Shown here piece by piece: positions 27,699-41,050 of a stretch of 64,000 bases of DNA. The notes beneath the pieces were generated by a model. That model worked only from the letters and a program-made list of their open reading frames with translations. It did no database searches and was not told the origin of the DNA. Positions within the stretch are counted from its first letter, which is position 1. The number at the start of each line of letters is the position of its first letter. Origin of the DNA: Octopus vulgaris (lineage: Eukaryota). The stretch covers positions 88,908,001-88,972,000 of the forward strand of contig OX597818.1 of NCBI GenBank assembly GCA_951406725.2, written 5' to 3'. A program made the translations under genes and the position numbers.

Positions 27699-27865
27699 TT
27701 TTATTGCGTCAGGGGAGAATCATTCTCTTTTAGTGCCTTATTGATTTAACACAGTCACCGGTCTTCTGATTTCCACCATAGATAGATAATTGAGTGGAAA
27801 TCAGACCAGCGAGTGCGGTAAATTAAGGCACTAAAAGAGAACAACTCTCCCCTGACACAATAAAA
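27699..27865. repeat. Imperfect inverted repeat (arms about 75 bp)
   Basis: 27699-27776 is complementary to 27794-27865 (ttttattg.gtcaggggaga...ttctcttttagtgcctta...tctgatttccac). Confidence 0.85.
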
Positions 27866-27884
27866 AGAAACAATACTCATAGTA

Positions 27885-28290
27885 TAGGCGCAGGAGTGGC
27901 TGTGTGGCAAGTAGCTTGCTTACCAACCACATGGTTCCGGATTCATTCCCACTGCGTGGCACCTTGGGCAAGTGTCTTCTACTATAACCTCGGGCCGACT
28001 AAAGCCTTGTGAGTAGATCTGGGAGACGGAAACTGAAAGACGCCTGTCGTATATATGTATATATGTGTGTATGAGTGAGTATATGTTTGTGTGTCTGTGT
28101 TTGTTCTCCCAACATCGCTTGACAACCGATGCTGGCGTGTTTATGTCCCCGTAACTTAGCGGTTCGGAAAAATAGACCGATAGAATAAGTACTAGGCTTA
28201 CAAAGAATAAGTCCTGGGGTCGATTTTCTCGACTAAAGGCTGTGCCACAGCATGGCCGCAGTCAAATGACTGAAACAAGTGAAAGAGTAT
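27885..28290 (+). mobile_element. SINE family B, full length
   Basis: aggcgcaggagtggctgtgtgg...ccactgcgtggcaccttgggcaagtgtctt...gactgaaacaagt. Confidence 0.93.
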
Positions 28291-28691
28291 AACGTTAAAA
28301 GAAAAAAAATATACATTCTGATGACAACACATATTCTAAAATACAGACTTTAATGACAACAGTTAATTATAGAAGAAATGATACCATATTGAGGACAAAT
28401 CTAAAATTCTAAATTCAAATGTCGTCCACAATGTTTAAACAAACCAGAATAGCGTTGCTTGCAATAAAATGGCAGCAACATATACAAACAACTCTTAACC
28501 CTGAATGTGAGAATATGAAGACCTAGAAACTTCGATGATGATTCTAGAAATGTTCCTGTCCTTGACAAACTGCCAGAGAGATTGAACATATGAAAATCGC
28601 CCATAAAAAAATATAAAGCTTTAAAATAGCCGTATTTTTAAAATATGTCTTAAGGAAAACTTGTTTCCCATATGTGTGTGTGTGTGCGTAC

Positions 28692-28757
<66 letters not shown>

Positions 28758-28887
28758 ATATATATATGAATATATTTTTATACATATATGTATAAAAATA
28801 TATGCGTATATATGTATTCATATATATACATACATATATCTATATATATATATGCATCTACATATACACACACACACACACACACAT

Positions 28888-28949
<62 letters not shown>

Positions 28950-29932
28950 GCATATGTAATATATGCATGTATGTGTGTGTATGTGTGTGTGCGTATGTGA
29001 GCATGTCTAAACCAAATCTATTTTATATCCTGAAGATTAAGATAAGGCTAAGAACATCTGGAAACGTTGAATTGTTCCAAACAAACGGCGTAAAAATTTT
29101 CTAACACAAAATATGTAATACATAGATAAAAGTGGGAGGTGGTTAAGTTTTTAATGAAGCTCATCACGCGCACGCACATAAACATATGCGTGTGTGTGCG
29201 CATGCGTGACACATCCTGGTGTTGAAACTTGTTTCCCTATAAACTTAATTTGTTCACAAAACAGCACATCAAAGTAATTCCTGGCTCCACACAATTCTAT
29301 TTCATTGGCAACCTTAACTCGAAATTACTTCGGATATATTGTGTATGGGTCCTTTATTTATCTACTTACTTATTTATCTAGTTATTTAATCATTTATTCA
29401 TTTTATATTTTCATTTTATTTTATTTTATACCATTTTTTTTTTTTTTTCAATTTTTACCTATGACGTATCAGTTTTTGCACCGCCGGATTCTGTATGTAG
29501 CTTTTAATTTCCGGAAAGGATATCTCACTATTTCTCGAAGAACGTGAGTCAACCGGCATTCTTTGCGCGCAATATTTATTTCCGGTACGGCTCTAGTGCA
29601 ACAGGAAAACTGTTAACCGTGGGGTTATGTGTGACGGGGGTGGGGCAAGGTTGTGATGTGATGTGTTGTCCAACAATGTCTGCTGATTCAATAAAATGTT
29701 TAGATGTGCAAATATAGTTTTATATATGTGCAAGAGAGGTATGGCAAACACAAAGTACTTACGCAGAGATGCATAAACACACTAGCACACCACACAAACA
29801 CGCACACACATCTTCAGACATAGACACGTACGTACAAAGGCATCGCAGAAATGCAACATTGTACTCGAGCGAAAATGTGTTGATGCATAGTTTTATTTGA
29901 TAGATAGATAGAAGTAAGACAGACGGTCGGAC

Positions 29933-30003
<71 letters not shown>

Positions 30004-30107
30004 CAAACAAACAGAGAGACAGACAGACAGACAGACGGACGGATCGATGGCTAGATAGACAGACAAATAAGATAGACAGGCAGATAAGACAGAGAGACAG
30101 TCAGAGG

Positions 30108-30149
<42 letters not shown>

Positions 30150-30373
30150 TAGCGAGAGAGAGGAGAGACAGACAGACAAACAGACAGACAGAGACAGAGA
30201 GACAGAGAGTGAGGAGAGAGAGGAGAGAGAGAAAACAGACAGACAGATACATAAACATAGACAGACAAATAGTCAAATAGATAGATAGAGAGAGAGAGAA
30301 GACAGAGAGAGGCAGGCAAAAGACGCAGAAGGCAGGTAGACAGACGTAGATTGATAGACATAGATTGATAGAC

Positions 30374-30431
<58 letters not shown>

Positions 30432-30446
30432 TGATGATAGAAATAG

Positions 30447-30538
<92 letters not shown>

Positions 30539-30919
30539 TGGCAGATATAATATGATTTACACATTGATTCGATACATGGTAACTTGATCTCACGCGATAT
30601 TTCTTCCCATTCTCTATCATAGATACACACACATATAATCACCCACAGAAACACACACCTACACACACACACGCGCGCGCGCGCGAAGACACACTTAAAC
30701 ACATTCTAACACACACACATATACTCAAACGCTAAATGGTCGAGTGACCTGCTGAAGATAGCAGCCATATCTTCTTCGATTCCGAGTTTTCTCTCTTTAA
30801 TAAATAAAGGGCATATTGTATAATGTTGGTTTAGATGCACTACTTGCATCAGAGGCGAGATGGTCATTGTTGTAACACATTTGGTCATATGGCTGCCATA
30901 CATATATATATAAGCATGC

Positions 30920-31330
30920 ATATGTGAGTACAGGACCCAGCGGTGCAAATAACATGAAATTCGTAAACAAACGTGGGTAATACGAGTGAAATAAGCAAAC
31001 AACGAGAAAAAAAAATGGAACACAAAACAAGTAAACACAGAGAAAGGATCTTTCATCAGCTGTCGGCTATCTATCTATTTCTCATTTCGAGCGTTCAACG
31101 TCGATATGAGTTTTCAAAGACCGTTGCTCCCATAAATTCTAAAATAAAATTTAGGATTTATGGAGGGCCAAAGTTGGGAACAAAAACAGGACAGTGTAGA
31201 CATATAAGGAAACCGAACGAAAACAAACATGGAGGTTCGTTAAACTAGACCGAGAAAAAAATAATGCAAGCTGGGAGAGACAGTTTGTTGAAAAGAGAAA
31301 AGATAGAAGAGAGAGAGAAATACGTCCTTT
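30920..31330. repeat. Dispersed repeat, homologous to 15655-16150
   Basis: Alignment by eye over about 400 bp. Confidence 0.85.
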
Positions 31331-31404
31331 CTTAACTTAGCCCCTAGTAGATCAAATGATCTTACCAGCTATACTGGAGAATACGTTACAACGAAAACAT
31401 TACA

Positions 31405-31835
31405 GAGGCGCAAGCGTGGCTTTGTGGTAAGAAGCTTACTACCAAACTACATGGTTCCGGAATCAGACCCGCTGTGTGACACCTTGCGCAAATGTTTTTT
31501 GACGGCAACTGAAAGAAGACTGTTATGTGTGTCTGTCTATATATACATATGTATGTACGTATGTATGTGTATATATGTATGTGTATGTATGTGTATATAT
31601 ATATATATATATATGATGGGCTATGTGTGTATGTGTGTGTGTGCGTGCGTGTGTGCTTGGCAATCGATGTTAGTGTGTTTATGTCTCCGTGAACTTGCAG
31701 TTCGGCAAATGAGATTGATAGAATAAATAGCAAGCTTTTAAGAAAAAGCACTGGGGTCGATTCGTTCGATGAAAAAATCTTCAAGGAATTGCCCCAGCAT
31801 GGCCGCAGTCTAATGACTAAAACAAGTAAACAAAA
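31405..31835 (+). mobile_element. SINE family B, diverged copy
   Basis: Same head, internal microsatellite and tail as 27885. Confidence 0.85.
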
Positions 31836-32175
31836 AGAAAAAATGAAGGACAGGAATATTTCACATACATATAAAAGATAAAAACGCTTGGCCCGTCACT
31901 GCTAAAATACGAAAAACAGTAAAGAAAGCAAAGAGCAATACAAACGTACTCAGAGCAAATATAGGCATCACAGTTGGTCAAAATTTACTATGGTTCTCAA
32001 TCTTCCTACACACTCCATAATAGACAACAAAAATATAAGCTGCTTTTATTACATCAAGAATATTTATAGTCCACGCCTATAGACCACCAACAGGTTGTTT
32101 GGGCTAAATTTGACAGTTTGCATAAAAGGAAAAGAAAACAATATCCCATTAAAAAAAATAAAAAGAATAACAACT

Positions 32176-32590
32176 AGGTGCAGGAGTGGCTGTGTGGTAA
32201 GTTGCTCGCTTACAAACCACATGGTTCTAAGTTCATTCCCACTGCGTGGCACTTTGGGCAAGTGTCTTCTACTATAGCCTCGGGCCGACAAAAGCCTTGT
32301 GAGTGGATTTGGTAGATAGAAACTGAAAGAAGCCCGTCGTACATATGTATATATGTGTGTGAGTGTGTGTGTATATGTGTGTCTGTGTTTGTCCCCCGCC
32401 CCCCACATCGCTTGACAACCAATGATGGTGTGTTTACGTCCCCGTAACTTAGCGGTTCGGCAAAAGAGACCGATATAATAAGTACTAGGTTTACAAAGAA
32501 TAAGTCCTGGGGTCGATTTCCTCGACTAAAGGCGGTGCTCCAGCATGGCCGCAGGTAAATGACTAAAACAAATAAAAGAGAGTAAAAGAG
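32176..32590 (+). mobile_element. SINE family B, full length
   Basis: Closely similar to 27885-28290. Confidence 0.93.
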
Positions 32591-32614
32591 AGGTTATAGG
32601 CGGGAAGTAACAGT

Positions 32615-33400
32615 TTACTGGAAATAGCCGCCCTCAGCTTCCACCACAGCCTCAAGACGGCTCCGGAACCTTGCGCACGCGTTCCTCACTGAGTCCTTGA
32701 TAAGATCTTTCAATACTTCCTTGATCTGAACTACCAGCTAGGCCTTGGTGTTGCAAGATTACGATCAGGAGAATTTGTTCAGAAATAGGGGCTGGTGAAG
32801 TCGTAGAAATTCTCTAAAAACCACTTCTGACTCTTGCTGGGGGTGTGGCAAGGAACCGAATCCTGTCACCACACATGACCTTCCAGCAGCAATCCTCTCC
32901 AGTCAGAGCTTGATCACAGTCTCCAATAGCTTTGCATAGCCATCTGAATTGAGCCTAAGGACCTGTTCAAAGGTTTTGGGGCGGAGACGCACCCACTGGA
33001 AACATCATCACATTATCGGGGTACTTGATTTTTCATGGTGTTCATATCATGTCTTACAGCCTTCACAGTACCCACAGAACATTGAGTAACATTCATGATA
33101 TCGCTACTTTGATACATGTCACAAATCATCATGATACAGGTAATTCTTTTCCAATATTCAGATGTCTTCCAGTCCTCCATGCCAGTTAACTTTTTCTCAA
33201 CTGCAACATTAATCTTCATCCTTCCCTGGGCCACAAACTATTCACGAATACATCGAGCTGTTTCTGAAAGAGGAGGCATAAGCAGACGTCAAATTGAGCT
33301 CAAACACACTGAACATACGCCAATATCAATACTGAAAATGAAAGACCACGTAGACATTTGTGAGACAAAGTTTCTAGTTGTAGCAATCCTCATACACTGT
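32615..33400 (-). mobile_element. Tc1/mariner (maT-like) transposon relic with internal deletions
   Basis: Minus-strand pieces LRLNSDGY.KLLETVIK, LERIAAGR, QDSVPCHT..KSQKWF.ENFYDFTSP, and C-terminal VRNACARFRSRLEAVVEAEGGYFQ*. Confidence 0.85.
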
Positions 33401-33741
33401 GTTATTATTTAAAAATTCAAACCCAGAATTCCCGATAATTACACAACGTCCCAAGGTACTGATCCAAATTCTTAATTCTCTATCAATCCCACTGGATCCA
33501 AAGAAATATAAAAGTTAACATATAGACAGAAATAACAAGAACGTAAGTAATGTAACAAGCCTCGAGAAATGTGTTGAGAAGCAAAATGTCAATTCTAAGA
33601 GTAGAGGAATAGTAGATATCGTTCCCCATCTGATGATAAATTACCCGCTTTCGTTGTGGCCACCATAAGAATCTTGAGGCGTGCAGAAATAAACCAGACA
33701 GTGGAAATTGTACAGCACATGTGTTATCTGGTATTTTTTCA

Positions 33742-34147
33742 TTGTTTCAGTCATTGGATAGCGGCCATGCTGGAACATTGCATGGCCTTTTGGAAAGTTT
33801 AGTCGAGCAAATCGTTTCCACTACTTATTTTTTAAACCTGGTACTTATCCTATCCATGTCTTTTGGTGAACCGCTAAGTTAAGAAAACGTAAACAAACCA
33901 ACTTCAGTCGTCAAGTGGTGAAGGATACAAACACACACACACAAACACACACACACACACACATGTAGTTTGCTGCAAGAATATGTGTATGTATGAGAGA
34001 GTGTGTGTGTGTGAGAGAGAGACAGTGAGAGTGTGTGTGAGACAGAGAGACAGAGAGAGAGTGTGTGTGTGTGAGGGAGAGACAGACACAGAGAGAGTTG
34101 TGTGTGCGTGTGCGTGTGTGTGTCTGTGTGTGTGTGTATGTGTGTGT

Positions 34148-34190
<43 letters not shown>

Positions 34191-34365
34191 GTGTGTGCAT
34201 ATACTATGAGCTTTCACAAAGTTTCCGTCTATCAAACTCGCCAGCAAATGTTTGTCAGTCCGAGGTTAAGTTTTAGAAGACACTTTACCATGGTGCAGCG
34301 CAGTAGTACTGAACCCAAAACCACGAGACTGCAAAGCGAAATTCTTAACTACACAGCAATGACTG
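33742..34365 (-). mobile_element. SINE family B with a greatly expanded internal microsatellite
   Basis: Tail at 33742-33930 and head at 34210-34365, separated by about 270 bp of CA/TG/GA repeats. Confidence 0.8.
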
Positions 34366-35720
34366 GGTTCAATAGGGAAGAAAAAATATATAATTACAGA
34401 CAAATAATTTGACAAACATATTGATTAACAGAACGAAACCTAAATATGGTTGCACGTGGAATCATATTTTATTCCTAATGGAATGCAAATTGCTTTACCA
34501 AATTTTCCCGAGGCACAGTTCTTATAGCCAATTCTTCATCGGAAGTTTCAAATCGCAAGTCAGCTTATTTGAAGCCATTTTGCCACTCCAACCAAATCAA
34601 TATTAACTAAATGAACCAGACAAATAGCAAATTAATAAACAAATATTTGAACCTTAGCGATTCCCCGTCCGTTAATTTTCTCCCCTCATTTTTTCTTTAT
34701 ATTCCTATTTGTTCAGTTTCTTTCCGACCAGCTACATATCTTCATGTTCATTTGCCTTTAATGTTCCTTGCCGTATATATTCCTTCATTTCACTCCATTA
34801 TTTTTCCTTCGTTTTCTTTTGTTCTCTTCACTTCTTTGACTACTAGTCTAGTCAACTATATTAATTCCTTCATTATCTTTATCCCCCAACATCTTCTCTC
34901 CCACTCTCATTCCTTCAGCTTTGTTCATTCAGATCCTGCTATATCCTTTCCTCGTCTATGACATCATCAATCTTTAATTTTCTTCCTTCTTTTCTGTAAA
35001 TAATTATTTTTCTTTCCTATCGTTTCCGTCTCTATTTATTCTCTATATCGTCTGTATTCTTTCAGCTTCGTTCATTTATATCGAGCTATATTCCTATATT
35101 CTTTCTTCTTCTATATGACATTATCAATCCTTGATTTTCTGTCTTATTTTTTTATAAACATTTATTTCTCTTTCCTATCGTTTCATCCCTTATTTATCCT
35201 CTATCGTCTGTATTCCTGCATTCTGCCACCTGAATTCCTTCATTTCTTCTCTATCGTCTGCCTACAATTCTTCATAATCTTTTGTCAAACACTTGACGAA
35301 CTTTCCCACCAATGTCAATTCTTTCCCCCTCTATCTTCCTCCATCACTTTCCACACAGATATGCTATCACGTGACCTTATTCACCTTCCGCTGTTTCGTC
35401 TCATTAATTTTTCGAAATGCCTTACCCATTCTTTATATGATTATTTTTACATTGCTCTTTCTTTTTAATAATTTACGTTTCTCTTTCTCGACCTCAATTT
35501 CCTTCCTTCATTTCAGGATCTCCCTCGACTCACACACACACACACACACACACACATGCACGCACTCACAGACACACACACAAACGCACGTACGCACGCA
35601 CGCACTCATATATTTATCAAATTCCCTTTTCTCTCTCTCTCTCTCTCTCTCTCCTTCTTACTCCCTCTGTCTCACTGATGCTTATCTGCATATCATTCTA
35701 TCTATCGATCTATCTATGTG

Positions 35721-35758
<38 letters not shown>

Positions 35759-36469
35759 CATACACACGCATACACACGTGTGTATGTGTATGTGTATGCG
35801 TGTTTGTGTGTTTTATATCCGACAAATCGCATTCACTATTTCGTCTAACGACTCTCCATTCTTCATTCTCTTCTTTCACACGTTTTTCTTATTCTTTCTC
35901 TCCAATGGTGTCCACATTTCACACTCTTGGTCTCTCTCCCTTCTCTCTCTGCCCCTTCTTACTCCCTTTTCTTTTCTTGCCCCCTGTCGGCCTCATGCTT
36001 CCTTTTGCCTCTTGTTCTCTCTCCCCTCTAACTCTCTCTCTCTCTCTCTCTTCCCTTTTGCTCTCTTTTCTATCCAACCCTCTTTCTCTCTTTATCTTTC
36101 TTCTTTATCATTCTTCTTTTTTTTCACTGTCCCCCTTTCTCTCTCTCTCTCTCTCTCTCTCTTTCATGCTTCTCACCCATGAATTCTTTCCATCTACACC
36201 CTCCCTTCTTTCTCACATCACTCCGGTTCTCTACTCCTCATTCTTTTCTCAAACTCTTCTCTGACAAACGTAAACACACATACACAAAGACAAACACATA
36301 TGCACACACACACACACTCTCTCTCTCTCTCTCTTTCTCTCTCTGCCTCGATTGATCTCTTTCTCTCTCTTTCACTCCCTCTCTCACGCACTTTCTCTCT
36401 CTCCCTCTCTCTGTTTCGCTTTCTTTTTCTATTTCTCTCTCTGTCTCACATTTGTTCTCTCTTTTTCTT

Positions 36470-36505
<36 letters not shown>

Positions 36506-36889
36506 CCTCTCTCTCTCCTATTTTTCATAGAAATCCCGACTCTCCGGAACTGTCACGCCTGTCGCTAAATTAATTATTCCGCCTCTCCGCAATATTTTCA
36601 CTCCACAAGTCGCCATCTTAGTCACCGACCACGTCGTGCCTCCACGTCACAGCCTCCCAACACACATACCAGATATCGCCAAATAGTTGTACTCGCTCCC
36701 ACATACCACTACACACCTCGAACACTGCTAATCACACATTTCCCGACACACCACCACCTACCTCGCCACACATTAATGTGCACTACCACATACGCCCACG
36801 CATGCCACCAAACACGCAACACGCCACTACACATCAACCCCTCGCACCTCGCACCAAACATCATATACTACCATCCACTATGCACTGGT

Positions 36890-37190
36890 AGAGGCACATG
36901 GCCTAGTGGTTAGAGCAGAGGGCTCGTGGTCCAGGGATCGCGGGTTCGAATCTCAGACCGGGCGATGTATGTGCTTATTGGCAAAACACCTAAGCTCCAC
37001 GCGGCTCTGGCAGACGGTAATGGCGAACTTCTGCTGACTCATTCGCCACAACTTTCTCTCACTCTTTCCTCCTGCACCTTGCAGCTCACCTGCGACGGCC
37101 GGCGTCCCGTCCAGGTGGGGAACCTATACGCCAAGTAAACCGAGAAACCGGCCCTTATGAGCTAGACATGGATCGAGAAGGAACAAACAT
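36890..37190 (+). mobile_element. SINE with a family A head and an alternative tail
   Basis: tggcctagtggttagagcag...gggttcgaatctcagaccgggcg...aaaacacctaagctccacg. Confidence 0.85.
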
Positions 37191-37239
37191 AACTATGCAC
37201 TACCAGACAGCAAGCCCTCACACAATTACAAGCACACTA

Positions 37240-37996
37240 AAGGCGGAGAGGTGACAGAATCGTTAGCGCGTCGAACAAAATGCTTAGCGGCATTCCTTTC
37301 GGCTTTACGTTCTGAGTTCAAATTTTGCTGAAGTCGAATTTGCTTTCATCCATTCAAGGAAGACAAAATCGGTACCAATTGAGCACTGAGATCGATATAA
37401 TCGATTAAGTCCCACCCAAAAAAAATTCAGGTCTTTTGCTTATAAGAGAAAGGAGTATTATTGTTACTAAGGCGATGAGGTGGCAGAATTGTTAGTGCGT
37501 CGAACAAAATGCCTAGCAGCATTTCTTCCGTCTTTAGGTTCCGAGTACAAATTTCGCTGAGGTCCAATTTGCCTTTCATTCTTTCAGGGTAGATAAAATA
37601 AAATAGGTACCAGTTGAGCGCTGGGGTCGATTTAATCGAATCACTCACTCCCCCGAAATTTCAGACCTTGTACCTTTACTAGAAAGGTTTGGCATTTTCT
37701 TCCGACTTAATATTCTAAGTACAAATTCCACAGAGGTCGAATTTTGGCTTTCATCCTTTCGGGGTCAATAAAATAAGTGACAGTCGAGCACTGGAGGGCA
37801 ATGTAATCGACTTACCCCATCCCCCGAAAATGCTGTCCTTATGCCCAAATTTGAAATCATTATCATTACTATAGGAACAGGAATATTTTTTTTTAAGTAG
37901 CTTGCTTACCAACCACATAGTTCCGGGTTCAGTCCCACTGCGTGGCATCTTAAGCAAGCGTCTGCTACGGTAGACGGAAACTGAAAGAAGCCCGTG

Positions 37997-38042
<46 letters not shown>

Positions 38043-38810
38043 GTATCTGTGTTTGTCTAATAATATGCTGGTGTGTTTACGTGTCCGTAAGGCAGCATTT
38101 TAGCAAAAGTGACCGATAGAATAAGTACTAGGCTTACAAAGAATAAGTACTGGGGTCGATTTGTTCGACTAAAGGCGTTGCTACAGCACCAGCCCGCCGT
38201 CAAATAACTGGAATAAATAAAAGAGAAAAAAAGCGGTGACCTATCGGATTGGCTTGCATGTCGGACAAAATGCTTAGCGGCACATCGTCCGTCTTTACGT
38301 TCTGTGTTCTAATTCCGACGAGGTCGACTTTGCCTTTTATCCTTTCGGGGTCGATAAAATAATCATCACTTGAGCACTGGGGTCGATATAATCGACTAAC
38401 CCACACCCCCAAAATTCCAGGCCATGTACCTATCCTAAGGAAGGGTCGTTATTAAAGCGGTGTGTGCCGAACAAAATGCCGATGTTGACTTTACTTTTCA
38501 TCCTTTCAGGGTCAATAAATTAAGTATGAGTTGGGCACTGGGGTCAGTGTAATCGACTAAGCGCAGTTACTCAAAATTTCAGGCCTTGTGCCCATATCAG
38601 AAAGGGCTACGACAAGCATACTAGATGTAGCGAGCTGGCAGAATCGCTAATGTGTTGGACGAAATGCTTAGCGGCAATTCTTCTGGCTCTTCGAGTTGTG
38701 AGTTCAAATTACGCCGAAGTGAACTTCGCTATTCATTCTCTCAGGGTCGATAAAATAAGAACTAGTCAAATATTGCGGTTGATATAATTGATCGACCACT
38801 GTGCTATTTT
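37240..38810 (+). mobile_element. Co-oriented cluster of about six SINE C copies or fragments with one SINE B (37895-38225)
   Basis: Repeated ttctgagttcaaat...tttcatcctttc.gggtcgataaaat...cactggggtcga motifs. Confidence 0.85.
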
Positions 38811-38989
38811 AGAAAGAACAATTACAGTCGCACTACCATCACAAACCCTACCCCTACCGCTGTAAAGTACACACAACCATCACAACCAAACAACATACAA
38901 AACAACGAAACTGCCCCCACTATGACTGCTCCATTCACTAAAACCCTCACTTCAAATCACATCATATCGCTGTAAGTATAGAAATAGTA

Positions 38990-39292
38990 AAGACATCCTT
39001 CGGTCATGAATGACCAAGGAATTGCACCAAGAATGTTCTCCGAAGCACAAGTCTGGACAAGGTTGGTTTATGGAAGACCAGCAATGGCCAAAGCATACCA
39101 ACCTCCCATCCAAGGGAAAGACAATGGCCGATACAGCTTGGCACCAGTAACGTCACAACTCATTTCTACAGTTGAGTGAACTGGAGCAACGTGAAAATAA
39201 AAGGTTTTGCTCAAGAACACAAAACAGCCCAAATCCGGGAATCGAGCTCACAGTCTCACGATCATATGCTCGACGTTCTAACCACTGAGCCA
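38990..39292 (-). mobile_element. SINE family D
   Basis: Homologous to 20083-20410. Confidence 0.88.
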
Positions 39293-39512
39293 TACATATT
39301 TACAAATATAGAAATAATACATTAAATACGCAGATAAGCCGGTCATATTTTACTGTTATCTCCGCTGTAACGTTTCACTCCGAGAGGCAAACATGTACGG
39401 AGTGGAGCAGACAGGACCGACGTTTTTGAAAAATACACAAAATCATTAGTTTTAAAAGCAAACAAATCTTGCTGACATCAATGTGTTCGTATTGAATTAG
39501 CATTTGTCAAAA

Positions 39513-39827
39513 TCAAATGTGGAAAACAACATCCATCATGTGGTGTGCGTTTACATTGCTGTATTCCTGAAGGCATTCTTGGAAGTTGACCTGCACACTT
39601 TCCAGCATTACTATGTGCATAGTCCCATGGTTTTAACTGTTGCCCAATGACCAATTTGAACGGGTGGAAATGCAGATCTTCATGCAAAATACGCCTTACT
39701 GATCGATTACCGATGCCAAGTTCAGTGCAATGCCTCCGAGCCGAGCGATTCGGACTCCATATCAAAGCTTGTCTGACAAATAACTGTCATAGGCAAACAC
39801 ACGATGCTCTATCGTCCACAGTACCAT
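39513..39827 (-). mobile_element. Internally deleted Tc1/mariner transposase relic (catalytic domain missing)
   Basis: N-terminus MVLWTIEHRVFAYDSY; HTH SPNRSARRH..LGI..RSVRRILHEDLHFHPFK...QQL; C-terminus NFQECLQEY....HHMMDVVFHI*. Confidence 0.82.
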
Positions 39828-40166
39828 GGCTTCACATGAAGCGAAAAAAAACAAAAAAATGTTAAGACCAAATGGTAACTGTCGAACATATATCCCCAGC
39901 CCCACTGGTTCCTGGCGAGTGTATATGTTATTCCTTCACTTGCTAAACTAAAATCAGAAACCAATTGGTGCAGGAAACTAGATGGTAAAATGTTTTTATT
40001 TTTCATTTCGTTCTTGTCGAATTTTATCCCTAATTTTGTGGTTATAGAAACTAGCTGTTCTTTCTAGCGTGTTGAATCCCATGAGTGGATTCCTCATGTG
40101 TTTAAATGTAGAGTTTTTTATGACTATATATATATATATATATATATATATTACCGGTCGGAGAGG

Positions 40167-40204
<38 letters not shown>

Positions 40205-40636
40205 ATATATATGTCAAATGTTCTTGTCACGTGATTAAACATTACCAATTGAAAAACGCTACAATCTTTTCTAACAATTTTACACACACACATTTATACA
40301 CGCACACACCTATATATATATATATAAATATAGATATATATACACACACATCACACATGTATGGACACACACACACACACACACACACATACATGTATGT
40401 ATGCATTATATGATATATATGTAACCATATGTGTGTGTCTCTGTGTGGGTGTGAGTGTGTGTGTGTGTGTGACGGCAAAGAAGGCTGTATAAGTGCATTC
40501 TTTTAAAAGACGTTTTTAAAATCAATATTTTTGTTTATAAATACAAAGAATTCTACATTGCTGCCGGTTCTTCAAATTTTAAATTCACGATGTTTTTCAC
40601 ATATTTTTGCCAACACCAACAATACACACATATATG

Positions 40637-40676
<40 letters not shown>

Positions 40677-41050
40677 AACACACACACACACAAGCACACA
40701 CATACATATGCATGCACTATGCACTTTCTCACATACAAGCATACATATACGCACATATGTTAAAAAATAACTTTGCTGTGATAGGAAATTATGAGAATAT
40801 AAACCTAATTTTTTAATTCTTTCGATGTCCAGTAAATAAGGCGGTTTTCTTCTGACAAGACCTTTCGCAGTTTGTTGACTACCCCCAGAGTAGAAGTACC
40901 CTATTTTCTTCGCTAATCAACTGCAGTACAAAAATTCCACGGTATCATTTCTTTGATGACAATATCATAATGTGTCACCTCCAGAACACCGTCGTAATGC
41001 CACCGAGATGACAATATCATCACAACATTACTACCACAATAGTACCACAT

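Noticed and set aside
35293-36264. 323-aa hydrophobic ORF
   Set aside because: Pyrimidine-rich low-complexity DNA (CT and CA repeats) that lacks stops by composition
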